64,000 nucleotides of DNA from Acidobacteriota bacterium. GTDB lineage: Bacteria; Acidobacteriota; UBA4820; DSQY01. Location: the NCBI GenBank assembly GCA_049967655.1, contig JBMFSH010000011.1, forward strand, positions 13,781 to 77,780, written 5' to 3'. The notes under the pieces were generated by a model that saw nothing but the letters and a program-made list of their open reading frames with translations, did not search any database and was not told the origin of the DNA. Position numbers and translations under genes: made by a program. Shown one piece after another: positions 54,230 through 64,000 of the stretch (positions within the stretch are counted from its first letter, which is position 1; each line of letters opens with the position of its first letter).

Positions 54230-55654
54230 TCAAGGGAGGGAGCGGACCTGGGGAGGGCGGCGGTGGGGCGGCCGCCGGCCGGTCCAGAGGCGGAACTGGA
54301 GCCGGGCCTGGGGCACCAGCATGGCCTCGCCGGGGATGGCCTGTAGGCCCAGGGCAAGGGCGCGGCGCACGAGGGGCGTTCCCCCCGCCCGCACCACCAT
54401 GTCGAAGACCCAGCTTCCCGGCAGGGCACCCGCCGGCAGGGGAGTCTCCTCGCCCTCCTGGCCCAGCGGCGTGGCATTCACGAGGAGGTCCCAGGAGGCC
54501 GCACCTCGCTCCTCCCAGGCCAGCGCCTCCAGGCCGAAGCGGCGGGCGAAGGCCCTCGTGCGGGCAAGGTCCCGGCCCGCCACGGCCGTGGGGCCGATGC
54601 GCCTCAGGGCAAGGGCCGCCGCCGCCGCCGCGCCGCCCGCCCCCAACAGGAGGCAGCGGCTGCCCCTGGGCACGGCGCGCAGGGCGCGCCGGACGCCAAA
54701 GACGTCCGTGTTGGCGCCGCCCCAGCCCTCTTCTCCGCGGACCAGGGTGTTGCAGGCCCCGAGAAGGCGCACCAGGCGGGAGGTGGAGGTCAGATAGGCC
54801 AGAACCGCCTCCTTGTGCGGGATGGTCACGGCCATCCCCGCGAAGTTCCCCTCCCAGCGGGAGAGGAGGGGCGCCAGGTCGGAGGTGGGCAGGGGCAGGT
54901 AGCGTCCGGGCAGGCCCGCCATGCCCAGCCAGGCGTTGAAGAGGGCCGGAGAGCGCGTGGAGCGCAGGGGCCAGCCCGCGAGCAGGTAGAGCGGTTCTTC
55001 GGGGCGCAGCTCGGCGGGCCGGTAGACGCCCAGCAGCTCTCCCAGCGGGATCTGTCCGGGGGCGCCCGGCGGGCATCCCGGCGCCGAGGCGTAGACCGCC
55101 GCCGAGCCCCGGGCCAGCGCCAGGATGCGGGTGGGCAGGCCGGGGGTGCCCATGGCGAAGGCGCAGAGGTCCCCGCTGGAGCCCTCCCGGGCCAGCAGGT
55201 CCAGAACGGCGGCGGCGTCGGGGAAGTCCCGCGCCGTGGGCACCAGCTTGTAGACGGCGGCCGGCCGCCGGCGCATCCGGAGGAGGATCTCCCGGAGGTC
55301 GGAGGGTGTCCCCTCCCCATCGTGCCAGGAGAGCACCAGCCGCTCCGGCAGAAGGCCGTACAGCCCCTCCGGCACCTGGGGCGAAAAGGGCACGTCCACC
55401 CACGCACCGGCGGCCTGGGCCCTCCGCAGGAGGGGGATCTCCTCGGGGCGCACGGCGTCGCGGGCGCCGGAGAAGAGCAGCGGCCTTTCCTCGGCCAGCT
55501 CCACGAGCGGGCCGATCTCTTCGCCGGGGGCCAGGCCGTCCAGCCGCACCTCCACCCGGTCGGCCCCGGCGGCGAAGGCGGCCCGCGCGCTCTCCAGCAG
55601 GCCAGAGGTGGTGGGGAGCAGGGCGGTGGCGATGACCGGTCCCAGGCGTATCAT
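54230..55654 (-). CDS. aroDE: Bifunctional type I 3-dehydroquinate dehydratase / shikimate dehydrogenase
   Basis: VEVRLD, LSWHD, YKLV, FAMG, APGQ; then SP..FN, VTIPHK, GACNT, NTD, GAGGAA, NATPLG. Confidence 0.88.
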   Translation of the reverse strand: MIRLGPVIATALLPTTSGLLESARAAFAAGADRVEVRLDGLAPGEEIGPLVELAEERPLLFSGARDAVRPEEIPLLRRAQAAGAWVDVPFSPQVPEGLYGLLPERLVLSWHDGEGTPSDLREILLRMRRRPAAVYKLVPTARDFPDAAAVLDLLAREGSSGDLCAFAMGTPGLPTRILALARGSAAVYASAPGCPPGAPGQIPLGELLGVYRPAELRPEEPLYLLAGWPLRSTRSPALFNAWLGMAGLPGRYLPLPTSDLAPLLSRWEGNFAGMAVTIPHKEAVLAYLTSTSRLVRLLGACNTLVRGEEGWGGANTDVFGVRRALRAVPRGSRCLLLGAGGAAAAAALALRRIGPTAVAGRDLARTRAFARRFGLEALAWEERGAASWDLLVNATPLGQEGEETPLPAGALPGSWVFDMVVRAGGTPLVRRALALGLQAIPGEAMLVPQARLQFRLWTGRRPPHRRPPQVRSLP

Positions 55655-55723
55655 GGACTCAGTATACTGAGCGTTAGCCCGCGGAGAAACTTCCTGCCGC
55701 GGCCGCGCGAAGGAGAAAAGGCC

Positions 55724-56305
55724 ATGGACCCATGGACGGCGCTCGAGAGAGAACTCACTTCGATCCGCGAAAACCTGGCCCTCCAGGAGCGGCAACTCGA
55801 CCTCCTGGGGCACAGGGCGCTCCAGGCCGCGGAGAGGATCCGCTCCTCCCTGGCCGGCGGGGGCAAGGTGCTCCTCTTCGGCAACGGGGGCAGCGCCGCC
55901 GACGCCCAGCACTGGGCCGCCGAACTGACGGGGCGGTACCTGAGGGAGCGCCCGGGCCTCGCCGCCATCGCCCTCACCACCGACACCTCGGCCCTCACGG
56001 CCATCGCCAACGACTACGGCTACGAACGGGTCTTCGCCCGGCAGGTGGAGGCCTTGGCCCGGCCGGGCGACGTGGCCGTGGGGATCTCCACCTCGGGCCA
56101 TTCTCCCAACGTCCGCCTCGGCCTCCAGGAGGCCAGGCGCCGGGGCTGCTTCACCCTCGCCGTCCTCGGGCGCGACGGCGGGGCCTTGGCCGGGGAGGCC
56201 GACCTGGCCCTGGTTTATCCCGCCGAGGCGACGCCCCGCATCCAGGAGATGCACGCGGTCCTCGGCCACCTGCTCTGCGCCCTCGTCGAGGGAGGAACGG
56301 AATGA
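55724..56305 (+). CDS. gmhA: D-sedoheptulose-7-phosphate isomerase
   Basis: [31 protein letters not shown]. Confidence 0.95.
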   Translation: MDPWTALERELTSIRENLALQERQLDLLGHRALQAAERIRSSLAGGGKVLLFGNGGSAADAQHWAAELTGRYLRERPGLAAIALTTDTSALTAIANDYGYERVFARQVEALARPGDVAVGISTSGHSPNVRLGLQEARRRGCFTLAVLGRDGGALAGEADLALVYPAEATPRIQEMHAVLGHLLCALVEGGTE

Positions 56306-57864
56306 GGAAGGAGAGCCGCACGCGGACGCGAATCTGGGCGAGGGCCCTGGGGCTCTGCCTGGCGGCGGCCCTTCCGCTCCTCGCCGCCCCCCCCGAGGCC
56401 CCGCCGCCGAAGGGGCCGGCCCCTATCACGGTCAGGATCCACGGGGAGACGCTCAAGCTGCCCAACGGAATGACCTTCGTTTTGGTGGAGCGGCCCGGTG
56501 CCCCCACCTTCGCGGGCTACATCGGCTTCAGGGTGGGGGGGGTGGATTCGGTGCCGGGGGACACGGGGCTCGCGCACATGTTCGAGCACATGGCCTTCAA
56601 GGGGACCCAGCACATCGGCACCACCGACTGGGCCAAGGAGAAGCCCATCTACGAGGCCCTCGAAAAGGCAGGTGACGAGCTGACCCTGATGAAGGCCGAG
56701 GGCAAGGGGACGCCGGAGCAGCGGGCGGCCCTCGCCGAGAGGGTGAAGGAGCTCTCCGAGGAGGAGCACCGGTACATCAAGAAGGACGAGTTCGACACCT
56801 GGTACACCCTGGCCGGGGAGCGCGGCGAGAACGCGAGCACGGACGAGGATCTGACCCAGTACTTCGTCATGCTCCCCTCTAACTCCCTCGAACTCTGGAT
56901 GCTCATGGAGTCCCAGCGGATCCGGGAGCCCGTGCTGCGGGAGTTCTACTCCGAGCGCGACGTCATCGAGCAGGAGCGGCTCATGCGCACGGACAACGAC
57001 CCCATGGGCAAGCTCTACGAGCAGTTCGAGGCCACGGCCTTCATGGCGCACCCCTACCGCCTGCCCACCATCGGCTGGGCTAGCGACGTGCGGGCCCTCA
57101 CCATGGCCAAGGCCCAGGCCTTCTTCCACGAGTACTACTCCCCCAGCAACGCGGTGGGCGTGCTGGTGGGCCACTTCGACGCGGCTCAGGCCAAGCGCTG
57201 GATCGAGGAGTTCTTCGGCACCATCCCGCGCCGCGGCGACCCGGCCCCCATCGTGACGAAGGAGCCGAAGCAGGAGGAGGAGCGCCGCATCAAGGTGGCC
57301 TTCGACGCCAATCCACTGATGCTCATGGGCTGGCACAAGCCCACCTGGCCCAGCCCCGACGACACCCGCATGGACATCGTCTCCAACCTCCTGACGGACG
57401 GCGTCACCTCGCGCCTCTACAGGCGGCTGGTGGAAAAGGACCACCTGGTGCTGGAGGTGCAGAGCTGGAACGACGACCCCGGCGCCCGCTACGACAACCT
57501 CTTCGTGATCCAGGCCTCGCCCAACGAGGGCGTGCCGTACGAGAAGGTGGAGAGAGCCATCACCGAGGAGATCGACCGACTCAAGACCGAGCCCGTCCCC
57601 GCCGCCGAGCTGGAGAAGGCCAAGACGCGTATCCTGGCCTCCTACCTGCGCCGACTCGATTCCGCCCTCTCCACCGCCCAGCTGGTGGGGACGACCCAGC
57701 TCATCACGGGCGACTGGCGCAACATCGAGAGCTACCTCCAGCAGGTGCAGGCGGTGACCCCGCAGGAAATCCAAAAGACGGCGGCGACCTACCTCACCAC
57801 GGGCAACCGGACGGTGGCCACCCTCGTCAAGCCCCCCCGTGCCGGGAAGGAGGCCCAGCGATGA
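56302..57864 (+). CDS. M16 family zinc peptidase, catalytic subunit
   Basis: [13 protein letters not shown] (HxxEH), NAST..D.T.Y, HPY..PTIG, SRLY. Confidence 0.92.
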   Translation: MRKESRTRTRIWARALGLCLAAALPLLAAPPEAPPPKGPAPITVRIHGETLKLPNGMTFVLVERPGAPTFAGYIGFRVGGVDSVPGDTGLAHMFEHMAFKGTQHIGTTDWAKEKPIYEALEKAGDELTLMKAEGKGTPEQRAALAERVKELSEEEHRYIKKDEFDTWYTLAGERGENASTDEDLTQYFVMLPSNSLELWMLMESQRIREPVLREFYSERDVIEQERLMRTDNDPMGKLYEQFEATAFMAHPYRLPTIGWASDVRALTMAKAQAFFHEYYSPSNAVGVLVGHFDAAQAKRWIEEFFGTIPRRGDPAPIVTKEPKQEEERRIKVAFDANPLMLMGWHKPTWPSPDDTRMDIVSNLLTDGVTSRLYRRLVEKDHLVLEVQSWNDDPGARYDNLFVIQASPNEGVPYEKVERAITEEIDRLKTEPVPAAELEKAKTRILASYLRRLDSALSTAQLVGTTQLITGDWRNIESYLQQVQAVTPQEIQKTAATYLTTGNRTVATLVKPPRAGKEAQR

Positions 57865-59303
57865 AACGGCTGGCCTGCACCCTCGCGCTCCTCGCGGCCG
57901 CATCCCTCTCGATCTCCGCGCAGCAGGGACCGCTGCCCGTCCGCCCCGAGCAGCTGCCGAAGGCGGCCCCCTTGGCCTTTACCCCTCCCACGCTCCTTAG
58001 GGAAAGCCTGCCCAACGGCATGAGCCTGATCCTGCTCCCCGACCATTCGCTCCCCCTCGTGAAGCTCTACGCCATCGTGAAGGTGGGAGGCATCTACGAG
58101 CCGGCCGGCAAGACGGGGCTGGCCGAACTCACGGGTGCCGCCCTCAAGGCGGGTGGCACCGCGAAGTATCCCGCCGACGCCATGGAGCAGACCCTCGAAT
58201 CCATCGCCGCCGAGCTCTCCACCTCCATCGGGGAGGAGTACGGCGAGGTCCGCCTCAACCTGCTCTCCAGGGACCTGGGAACGGCCCTGCCCATCTTCGC
58301 CGACGTGCTCATGGAGCCCGCCTTCGCCCAGGACAAGCTGGAGATCGAAAAGTCGCGGATGGAGGAGGAGATCAGGCGGCAGAACGAGGATCCGTGGGAG
58401 GTGGCCTTCCGCGAGATGAAGAAGGCCCTGTACGGGGACCAGAGTCCCTGGGCGCGGACCCCCACCATCCAAAGCGTGGAGGGGCTCACGAGGGAAGACT
58501 GCGTGGCCTTCCACCGGCGCTATTTCCACCCCAACGACACCATCCTGGCGGTGGCTGGGGACTTCGACCCCAAGGCCATGGCGGTCGATCTTCAAAGGCT
58601 CTTCGAGGGCTGGAAGCCCGAGAGGGTGGAGTATCCGCCCGTAGCCCCGGCGCCCGAGAGGCCGGCCCCGGGCGTCCTCCTCATGGACAAGCCTGACCTC
58701 ACCCAGACCACCGTCCTCGCGGGCGAGCTCACGGGGCGGCGCGGCCGCGGCGTTGCGTTCAACCGGGACGTCTACGCCATGGATGTCATGAACTTCATCC
58801 TGGGCGGGGGAGGCTTCACCTCCACCCTCACGAGGGAGATCCGCAGCAGCCGTGGACTGGCCTACACCGCCGGTTCCATGAACAGCTTCGATACGGACCG
58901 GGGTTTTTTTGTCGCCTACTGTCAGACGGGCGTTAAGACCACCGCGGAGGCGTGCGGCCTGATCCGGAAGGCGGTCGCGGAGGCCACCGAGGCGCCGCCC
59001 TCGGCCCAGGAGCTGGAGATAGCCAAGAGCAGCCTGCTCAACAAGTTCGTCTTCAACTACCAGAACTCCGGCCAGATCGTCTACCGGGCCGCCCTGCAGG
59101 ACTTCTTCGGGTACCCGGAGGACTACATGGCCACCTACGGCCCGAGGATCCGGGCCGTGACCGCGCGGGACTGCCTGGCCGTGGCGAGGAAGTACCTCCA
59201 TCCCGGCGACTTCACCTACTTCGTTCTGGGGCCTGCCAAGGAGCTGGAGCCCTCGCTCAAGCCCTTCGGCGCCATCACCGTGAAGCCCCTGCCCGAGCCG
59301 TAG
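57861..59303 (+). CDS. M16 family peptidase, non-catalytic partner subunit
   Basis: LPNGM, no HxxEH, ILGGGGFTS.L..EIR..RGLAY. Confidence 0.9.
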   Translation: MKRLACTLALLAAASLSISAQQGPLPVRPEQLPKAAPLAFTPPTLLRESLPNGMSLILLPDHSLPLVKLYAIVKVGGIYEPAGKTGLAELTGAALKAGGTAKYPADAMEQTLESIAAELSTSIGEEYGEVRLNLLSRDLGTALPIFADVLMEPAFAQDKLEIEKSRMEEEIRRQNEDPWEVAFREMKKALYGDQSPWARTPTIQSVEGLTREDCVAFHRRYFHPNDTILAVAGDFDPKAMAVDLQRLFEGWKPERVEYPPVAPAPERPAPGVLLMDKPDLTQTTVLAGELTGRRGRGVAFNRDVYAMDVMNFILGGGGFTSTLTREIRSSRGLAYTAGSMNSFDTDRGFFVAYCQTGVKTTAEACGLIRKAVAEATEAPPSAQELEIAKSSLLNKFVFNYQNSGQIVYRAALQDFFGYPEDYMATYGPRIRAVTARDCLAVARKYLHPGDFTYFVLGPAKELEPSLKPFGAITVKPLPEP

Positions 59304-59333
59304 GTAAACACGGCCGCGGCGACCGCAGACGAA

Positions 59334-59370
59334 AGGCCCGGCCTCGGAAGGGGCCGGGCTTCTTCATTTT
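59334..59370. terminator. Intrinsic terminator
   Basis: GGCCCGGCCT...GGGCCGGGCT hairpin with T-rich tail between convergent genes. Confidence 0.65.
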
Positions 59371-59379
59371 TCGAGGGAG

Positions 59380-59718
59380 CTACTCCTCGCGCTTCGGCGG
59401 GGTAAGGGTGGCGTCCAGGATCCAGGCCTGCACCTTGTCCTCCGCCCGCGTGATGGGTACGCAAAGGACCTCGGGCAGCTCGTAGGAGTGGAGGCTGCGG
59501 ATGGTGTCCCGCACGGCCTCGAAGAGGCTCTCGCGGGTCTTGATTACCAGGAGGAACTCCTCGTCGTCCCAGATCTCGCCCTTCCACCGGTAGATGGAGC
59601 GGATCCGCTTGATGATGTTCACGCAGGCCGCATGACCCTTCTCGACCAGGGTCTCGGCGATCTGAATCCCCTGATCTTCGGATCCTACCGTTGTCAGGAC
59701 CAGGACGATGGGCTCCAT
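59380..59718 (-). CDS. cutA: Divalent-cation tolerance protein CutA
   Basis: AACVNI, SIYRWKG, E.LLVIKT, HSYELPE. Confidence 0.93.
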   Translation of the reverse strand: MEPIVLVLTTVGSEDQGIQIAETLVEKGHAACVNIIKRIRSIYRWKGEIWDDEEFLLVIKTRESLFEAVRDTIRSLHSYELPEVLCVPITRAEDKVQAWILDATLTPPKREE

Positions 59719-59736
59719 GGTGCACCTCCCCGCGAC

Positions 59737-59765
59737 AGGATAGGAGCCCCCCCGGGGAGTGTCAA
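59737..59765 (-). promoter_or_regulatory. Sigma70-type promoter of cutA
   Basis: Minus strand TTGACA-17 nt-TATCCT. Confidence 0.6.
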
Positions 59766-59867
59766 GCCGGTGGCGGGGGCGGTGGCAAGCCCCGCCGGAG
59801 GCCGTGAGGGCGGTCATGGGGCTCCGACACCTTTCCCGCGAGTGAGCTCCCGCGCTACAGTGAAGCG

Positions 59868-62786
59868 ATGGATTCCTCCATGGCGCTAGGCGACCTTCGC
59901 GACCAGCTTCCGCCCGCCCTGAGCCGACTGCTCCAGGGGCACCTACCCCGCCTTCCGCTGCCGGAGCAGGCGGAGGCCCTGATGGCGCGGTGGGTGGAGA
60001 GGCATGGCGCCGGCCTGCCGGAATCTTCCTTCCTCAACCTCCTCTACCTCGCCGCATCGAGCGAGGCCCTCTTCCTCGGCCTCATGCGACACCCGGAGCA
60101 GCTTCCGGTCATTAGCGCCCAGGTCCGGGCCGGCGCCATGGGTAGGGAGGATCTGGAGGCCGGGCTCGCCAGGCTGCTGCTCACTCGGCGGTGGGACTCG
60201 CCGGCCGAGGCGCTGGCCGCCTTCAGGACGCTCCAGACCGCCAGGATCCTCCTCCAGGACATGCTGGGCGTCCTCGATTTCGAAGAGGTCACGGCGGAGC
60301 TGACGGTGCTGGCCGACGTCTTGATCGGCAAGGCCTTCGCCCTCACCTACCAGCCGCTCCGCGAGGAGCTGGGGCTCCCGCTCTGGGTGACGGAGGACGG
60401 TCGGGTGCTGCCCTGCGACCTCACGGTCTTCGCCCTGGGCAAGCTGGGCGCCGGCGAGCTCAACTACGTCTCCGACGTGGACCTCGTCTTCTTCTACCGT
60501 GCCGAGGGGACCACCGACCGCGGCCATCCCAACGCCTCCTTCTTCGGCGCCTGGGCGCAGGCGGCCACGGCCCTGCTCAGCAGGTCCACAACCGACGGCC
60601 CCTGCCTCAAGGTGGATACGGCCCTGCGCCCCCGCGGCCGCGACGGGGAGCTGACCCTCTCCTACGACGCGGCCCTCGCCTACTACCGGGAGTGGGCCGA
60701 CCTCTGGGAGCGGCAGGCCTGGATCCGCGGCCGGCCCTGCGCGGGAGACGTGGAGGGCGGGGCCATCTTCCTCGCGCAGATGTGGCCGATCGTCTACCAG
60801 CCCTACTCCTTCTCCGGCATCGCCGAGCAGAACCTCCGGATGCGGGAGAGGTCGCTGGCCCGCCTGCGTCGCCTCGGCGAGCTGGAGCGAGACGTGAAGG
60901 AGGGGCCCGGCGGAATCAGGGACGCGGAGTTCGCGGTCCAGGCCCTCCAGATGGCCCACGGACAGACCGACCGCTGGGTGCGGGAGGGCCACACCCTGCT
61001 GGCGATCAGCAAGCTCCGCCAGAAGGGCATCCTCAGCACGCGCAAGGCGGCGGCGCTCGCCTCGGGGTATGTTTTCCTGCGCCGGGCCGAACACTGGGCC
61101 CAGCTCCAGCACATGCGCCAGACCCACCGGCTTCCCCGCGGGGAGGAGGAGTGGACGGCCCTGGCGCGATTCCTCCACGAGACCTCCGCGGAGGAGGCGA
61201 GGGGCCGGGTGGCGGCCCACCGTCAGGCGCTCGGGACCCTCTTCCGCAGAACCCTGGAGGAGCTGGGAGAGGCGGACGGCGGGCCGAGCGGCATCGCCCA
61301 GCTCACGAGCGCCGAGGGTATGCTGGAGGTGCTCCGGCAGGCCCGCATGCCCGATCCCGATCGGGCCCTGCCCCACCTCGCCTCTGTCTACCAGTCGCTG
61401 GCCCCGATGCTGGACCGCCCCGCGCGCCGCCAGCACTTCCGCCGCATCCACTACTCCCTGGCCCGGGAGTTCGAGTCCGCTCCCGAACCCTACGAGGGCC
61501 TCTGCGCCCTCCAGAACCTGGTGGCCTCCCTGGCGGCGGAGAGCGGGGCGGTGGCGGCCCTCCTGGACCGCCCCCGGCTCCCGCGCCTGATCTTCCGCCT
61601 CGTGAGCCTGAGCGCGCCCCTCCTGCTGGATCTCCAGAGGTGGCCCTTCCTGCTGGATCTGGTGCGCTACGAAGCCATGCGGGAGCTGGAGAGGAGGCTG
61701 GAGCCTCCGGGCGGCGACAGGGCCTCGGGCGACGACCTGCGGCGCTGGCAGAAGGAGCTCCTCTTCCTGGCGGGGAGCCGGGAGATCGTCATGGGCGAGA
61801 GCCTGGCCTTTTCGCACGGAGTCTACACGCGGCTCGCCGAGCGGGTCTGCGACGCGGTCTTCGCCGGCGCGGCCCTGGAGGTGGAGGAGGCGGAAGGATT
61901 GCCCCGCGGGCTCCTCTCGCGGGAGCTCGCCCTCGTCGCCCTCGGGCGGCTCGGCTTCGGCGAGATGCACCCCCGCTCGGACCTCGACCTGGCCTGCTTC
62001 AAGCGCCGCCGCTGGGTGGTGCCCGAGGAGCCGGAGCGATCGGCGCGCGTGGAGGCCCGCTTCATCCGGACGCTGGCCGGCGCCTTCACCTCGGTGACCC
62101 GCCACGGCGCGCTCTACGACGTGGATTTCCGCCTGAGACCCTATGGGGAAAGCAGCCCCCACGTCCAGTCCCGGGAGGCCGTCCTGGACTACTTCGCGGG
62201 GCCGGCCCAGCTCTGGGAGCGGCTGGCCTACCTCAAGGCCAGGCCGCTGGCCGGCGAGAGGGAGCTGGGCGCCGAGATCCTGCGAGGGGTCTGGTCCGCC
62301 ACCTACGAGCGGGGCGTGAGCGCGGCGGACCTCGCCCAGGTGGAACAGCTCTCCTCCAGGCTCGGCGCGGGGGCGCGGGACCTGGAGGCGGCCCTCAAGT
62401 TCTGGCCGGGTGGGCTCCTGCACCTGGACATCCTCCTGCTGGTGCTGCAGGTGAAGAGCCGGCTCGCGCCGGGCCCGGGCGGCACGGCCGCCCTGCTCTC
62501 CCGCCTGGAGTCTGCGGGCGCCGTGGCCCCGGAGCAGAGGCTGGAGCTCTTCCGGGCGCGCCAGGTCCAGGAGGCCATCCTCCACCGGAGCCGGCTGCAC
62601 CTGGAGCGGCCGCCCGCCCTGAGCCGCCTCGACAGGGAGCTGGCGCGGCTGGAGGCCGCGTGGGCCGCCTCCGCGCGCCGCATCGACGAGGAGGTGCGCC
62701 CCAAGGGGCTGGGGGCCCAGTGGAAGGCGAGCCGGCAGGCCGTGCGGGAGATCGCCGGCCGGTTGCTGGGGCAGGTCGCGTTGTAG
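59868..62786 (+). CDS. glnE: GlnE-like glutamine synthetase adenylyltransferase/deadenylase
   Basis: Two nucleotidyltransferase domains: GKLGAGELNYVSDVDL..D..LRP.G..WERQA and GRLG..E...SDLDL..VDFRLRPYG..WER.A..KAR. Confidence 0.88.
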   Translation: MDSSMALGDLRDQLPPALSRLLQGHLPRLPLPEQAEALMARWVERHGAGLPESSFLNLLYLAASSEALFLGLMRHPEQLPVISAQVRAGAMGREDLEAGLARLLLTRRWDSPAEALAAFRTLQTARILLQDMLGVLDFEEVTAELTVLADVLIGKAFALTYQPLREELGLPLWVTEDGRVLPCDLTVFALGKLGAGELNYVSDVDLVFFYRAEGTTDRGHPNASFFGAWAQAATALLSRSTTDGPCLKVDTALRPRGRDGELTLSYDAALAYYREWADLWERQAWIRGRPCAGDVEGGAIFLAQMWPIVYQPYSFSGIAEQNLRMRERSLARLRRLGELERDVKEGPGGIRDAEFAVQALQMAHGQTDRWVREGHTLLAISKLRQKGILSTRKAAALASGYVFLRRAEHWAQLQHMRQTHRLPRGEEEWTALARFLHETSAEEARGRVAAHRQALGTLFRRTLEELGEADGGPSGIAQLTSAEGMLEVLRQARMPDPDRALPHLASVYQSLAPMLDRPARRQHFRRIHYSLAREFESAPEPYEGLCALQNLVASLAAESGAVAALLDRPRLPRLIFRLVSLSAPLLLDLQRWPFLLDLVRYEAMRELERRLEPPGGDRASGDDLRRWQKELLFLAGSREIVMGESLAFSHGVYTRLAERVCDAVFAGAALEVEEAEGLPRGLLSRELALVALGRLGFGEMHPRSDLDLACFKRRRWVVPEEPERSARVEARFIRTLAGAFTSVTRHGALYDVDFRLRPYGESSPHVQSREAVLDYFAGPAQLWERLAYLKARPLAGERELGAEILRGVWSATYERGVSAADLAQVEQLSSRLGAGARDLEAALKFWPGGLLHLDILLLVLQVKSRLAPGPGGTAALLSRLESAGAVAPEQRLELFRARQVQEAILHRSRLHLERPPALSRLDRELARLEAAWAASARRIDEEVRPKGLGAQWKASRQAVREIAGRLLGQVAL

Positions 62787-62789
62787 TCG

Positions 62790-62906
62790 AACCACAGAGA
62801 CACAGAGGCACAGAGAAAAACAAGGTTGCGGGCATTGCCTCTTCTTCGGGGCGATTCTGTCCACCCCAGAAATGGTATCCCTCCGTGTCTCGGTGCCTCT
62901 GTGGTT
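62790..62906. repeat. Inverted pair of AAC(CACAGAGR)3 repeats, copy 3
   Basis: aaccacagagacacagaggcacagag 62790-62815 and ctccgtgtctcggtgcctctgtggtt 62881-62906. Confidence 0.8.
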
Positions 62907-62928
62907 TTTCCCCGCGCCGAAAGGGGGA

Positions 62929-63729
62929 TCACTCGCGGTAGAGATCGGGCAGGGCGGCGAGGGCCCGGCCCACCTCGGACCGGAGGGCACTCAGGACGGA
63001 GGCCCCTCCACCGCGAACCGGGCAGCGCGCCAAAAAGAGGCACGCCGCGAGGCGGCGCCTCAAAAAGCCCGGGGCCTCCACGAGCCACAGGCCGGCCATA
63101 GGCGCCAAGGCCAGCCCGGCGAGGGCCGCCGAGATCCCGCCCCACGAGAAGAGCGCCCAGGCGAGCAGGGCATAGCAGAGGGGCGCGAGCGCCAGGTTCG
63201 CCAGGAGGAACGCCCAGGCCCGCGAGGGCCGCGAGCGAGGCCGCGGCGCCGAGCCCCGCCCGGAGGCCCTGCGGATAGCCTCCAGGGCGGTCTCCGCGTG
63301 GCCCTCCTCCCCGCCGCCTCGGCCCACGAAGAGGACGGCCAGGCCCCCGCTCACGAGCTCGTGTTCGAGGGTCCGCAGCCCCTCCTCGTTGCGGGCGCGC
63401 ACCCCGGGATCGGCGCCCACGCCCAGGGGGATGCCGCCCAGGGCGCGGACCAGGGAGGAGCGAAGGCGCCCCCGCGACTGCCGGAGGCGCGCCGCGAAGC
63501 GCGCCGGCCGCCGCAGGATCGCCAGCGTGAGCAGGAGGCTGACGGCGGAGGTCTCCCCCGAGACCAGGAGGACGGCGGGGCCACGATCCGGAATCCGGCG
63601 GAGCCCCAGGGCCTCGATCCGGCTGGCGAAGAAGAGCGCCGCCAGACGGAGGGGCCAGCCGGCCAGGGTGCGAAGGGGCCGGGGCCGGTTCTCTCCCCCC
63701 GAGGTCGTACCGAGCCAGGGCTCTGCCAT
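62929..63729 (-). CDS. Degenerate PlsC-like acyltransferase membrane protein (start uncertain)
   Basis: IEALGLRRIPDRGPAVLL, RPARFAA, ALGGIPL, GGLAVLF; C-terminal TM helices; HxxxxD motif absent. Confidence 0.55.
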   Translation of the reverse strand: MAEPWLGTTSGGENRPRPLRTLAGWPLRLAALFFASRIEALGLRRIPDRGPAVLLVSGETSAVSLLLTLAILRRPARFAARLRQSRGRLRSSLVRALGGIPLGVGADPGVRARNEEGLRTLEHELVSGGLAVLFVGRGGGEEGHAETALEAIRRASGRGSAPRPRSRPSRAWAFLLANLALAPLCYALLAWALFSWGGISAALAGLALAPMAGLWLVEAPGFLRRRLAACLFLARCPVRGGGASVLSALRSEVGRALAALPDLYRE

Positions 63730-64000
63730 GGGGCCAGTATGCCAGCCCCACCGGGCGGCGGAAAGCGAAACCACCTTCAACCCCGCATCCGGTTGTGCAA
63801 GGAATCCATACTCACGCCCGTCCAAGATAGACCGCATCACCGGCTCTTACCCCCGGCCGGGCCTCGGCCGCGCCTTTGGCGCGGCGCTGGGGCCTGGTCC
63901 GGGCGCGTCCACGCCAGCGTGGCCGCGCTCCGTCCACAGTCCCCCGGCCGCCCTTCGGGCGCCGGGCCCGGCCTTGTCGTGTGTGGACCGTTCCCCCCAC

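Noticed and set aside
59943..62990. 1015-aa minus-strand and 916-aa alternative-frame ORFs
   Set aside because: Shadow frames of glnE with low-complexity Arg/Gly/Pro or antisense-type composition.
63770..64000. GC-rich hairpin-forming stretch as a possible ncRNA
   Set aside because: No recognisable tRNA, SRP, tmRNA or riboswitch motif; truncated by the window edge.

Overview
High-GC bacterial chromosomal segment, probably Acidobacteriota-like (inferred from gene content, not verified). It spans the replication origin: dnaA-dnaN-recF-gyrB-gyrA on the minus strand, with DnaA boxes and a DnaA-trio unwinding element between dnaA and dnaN. Left arm: a type II R-M pair (XhoI/PaeR7I-like REase and SPPY-type MTase), ettA, tricorn protease, small housekeeping genes, an SHMT-like enzyme, SRAP, an internally deleted IS1202-like element, skp, and yajC-secDF with a ComEA-like HhH insert. 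Right arm: a polyphosphate-type operon (Ppx, two thymidylate-kinase-like proteins, a basic small protein, a metallophosphoesterase, CHAD), a four-gene ABC exporter, SOD, aroDE, gmhA, an M16 peptidase pair, cutA and glnE. The most striking object is a 4.86-kb integrase-less cassette bounded by a 135-bp chimeric duplication of the ABC permease 3' end. It encodes a secreted 6-Cys peptide behind a promoter with a poly-A/poly-G spacer (candidate phase variation), a beta-propeller protein, a thioredoxin-like lipoprotein and a large beta-sandwich repeat protein. No rRNA, tRNA or CRISPR array was recognised. All product calls are from motif recognition by eye; no database search was run.
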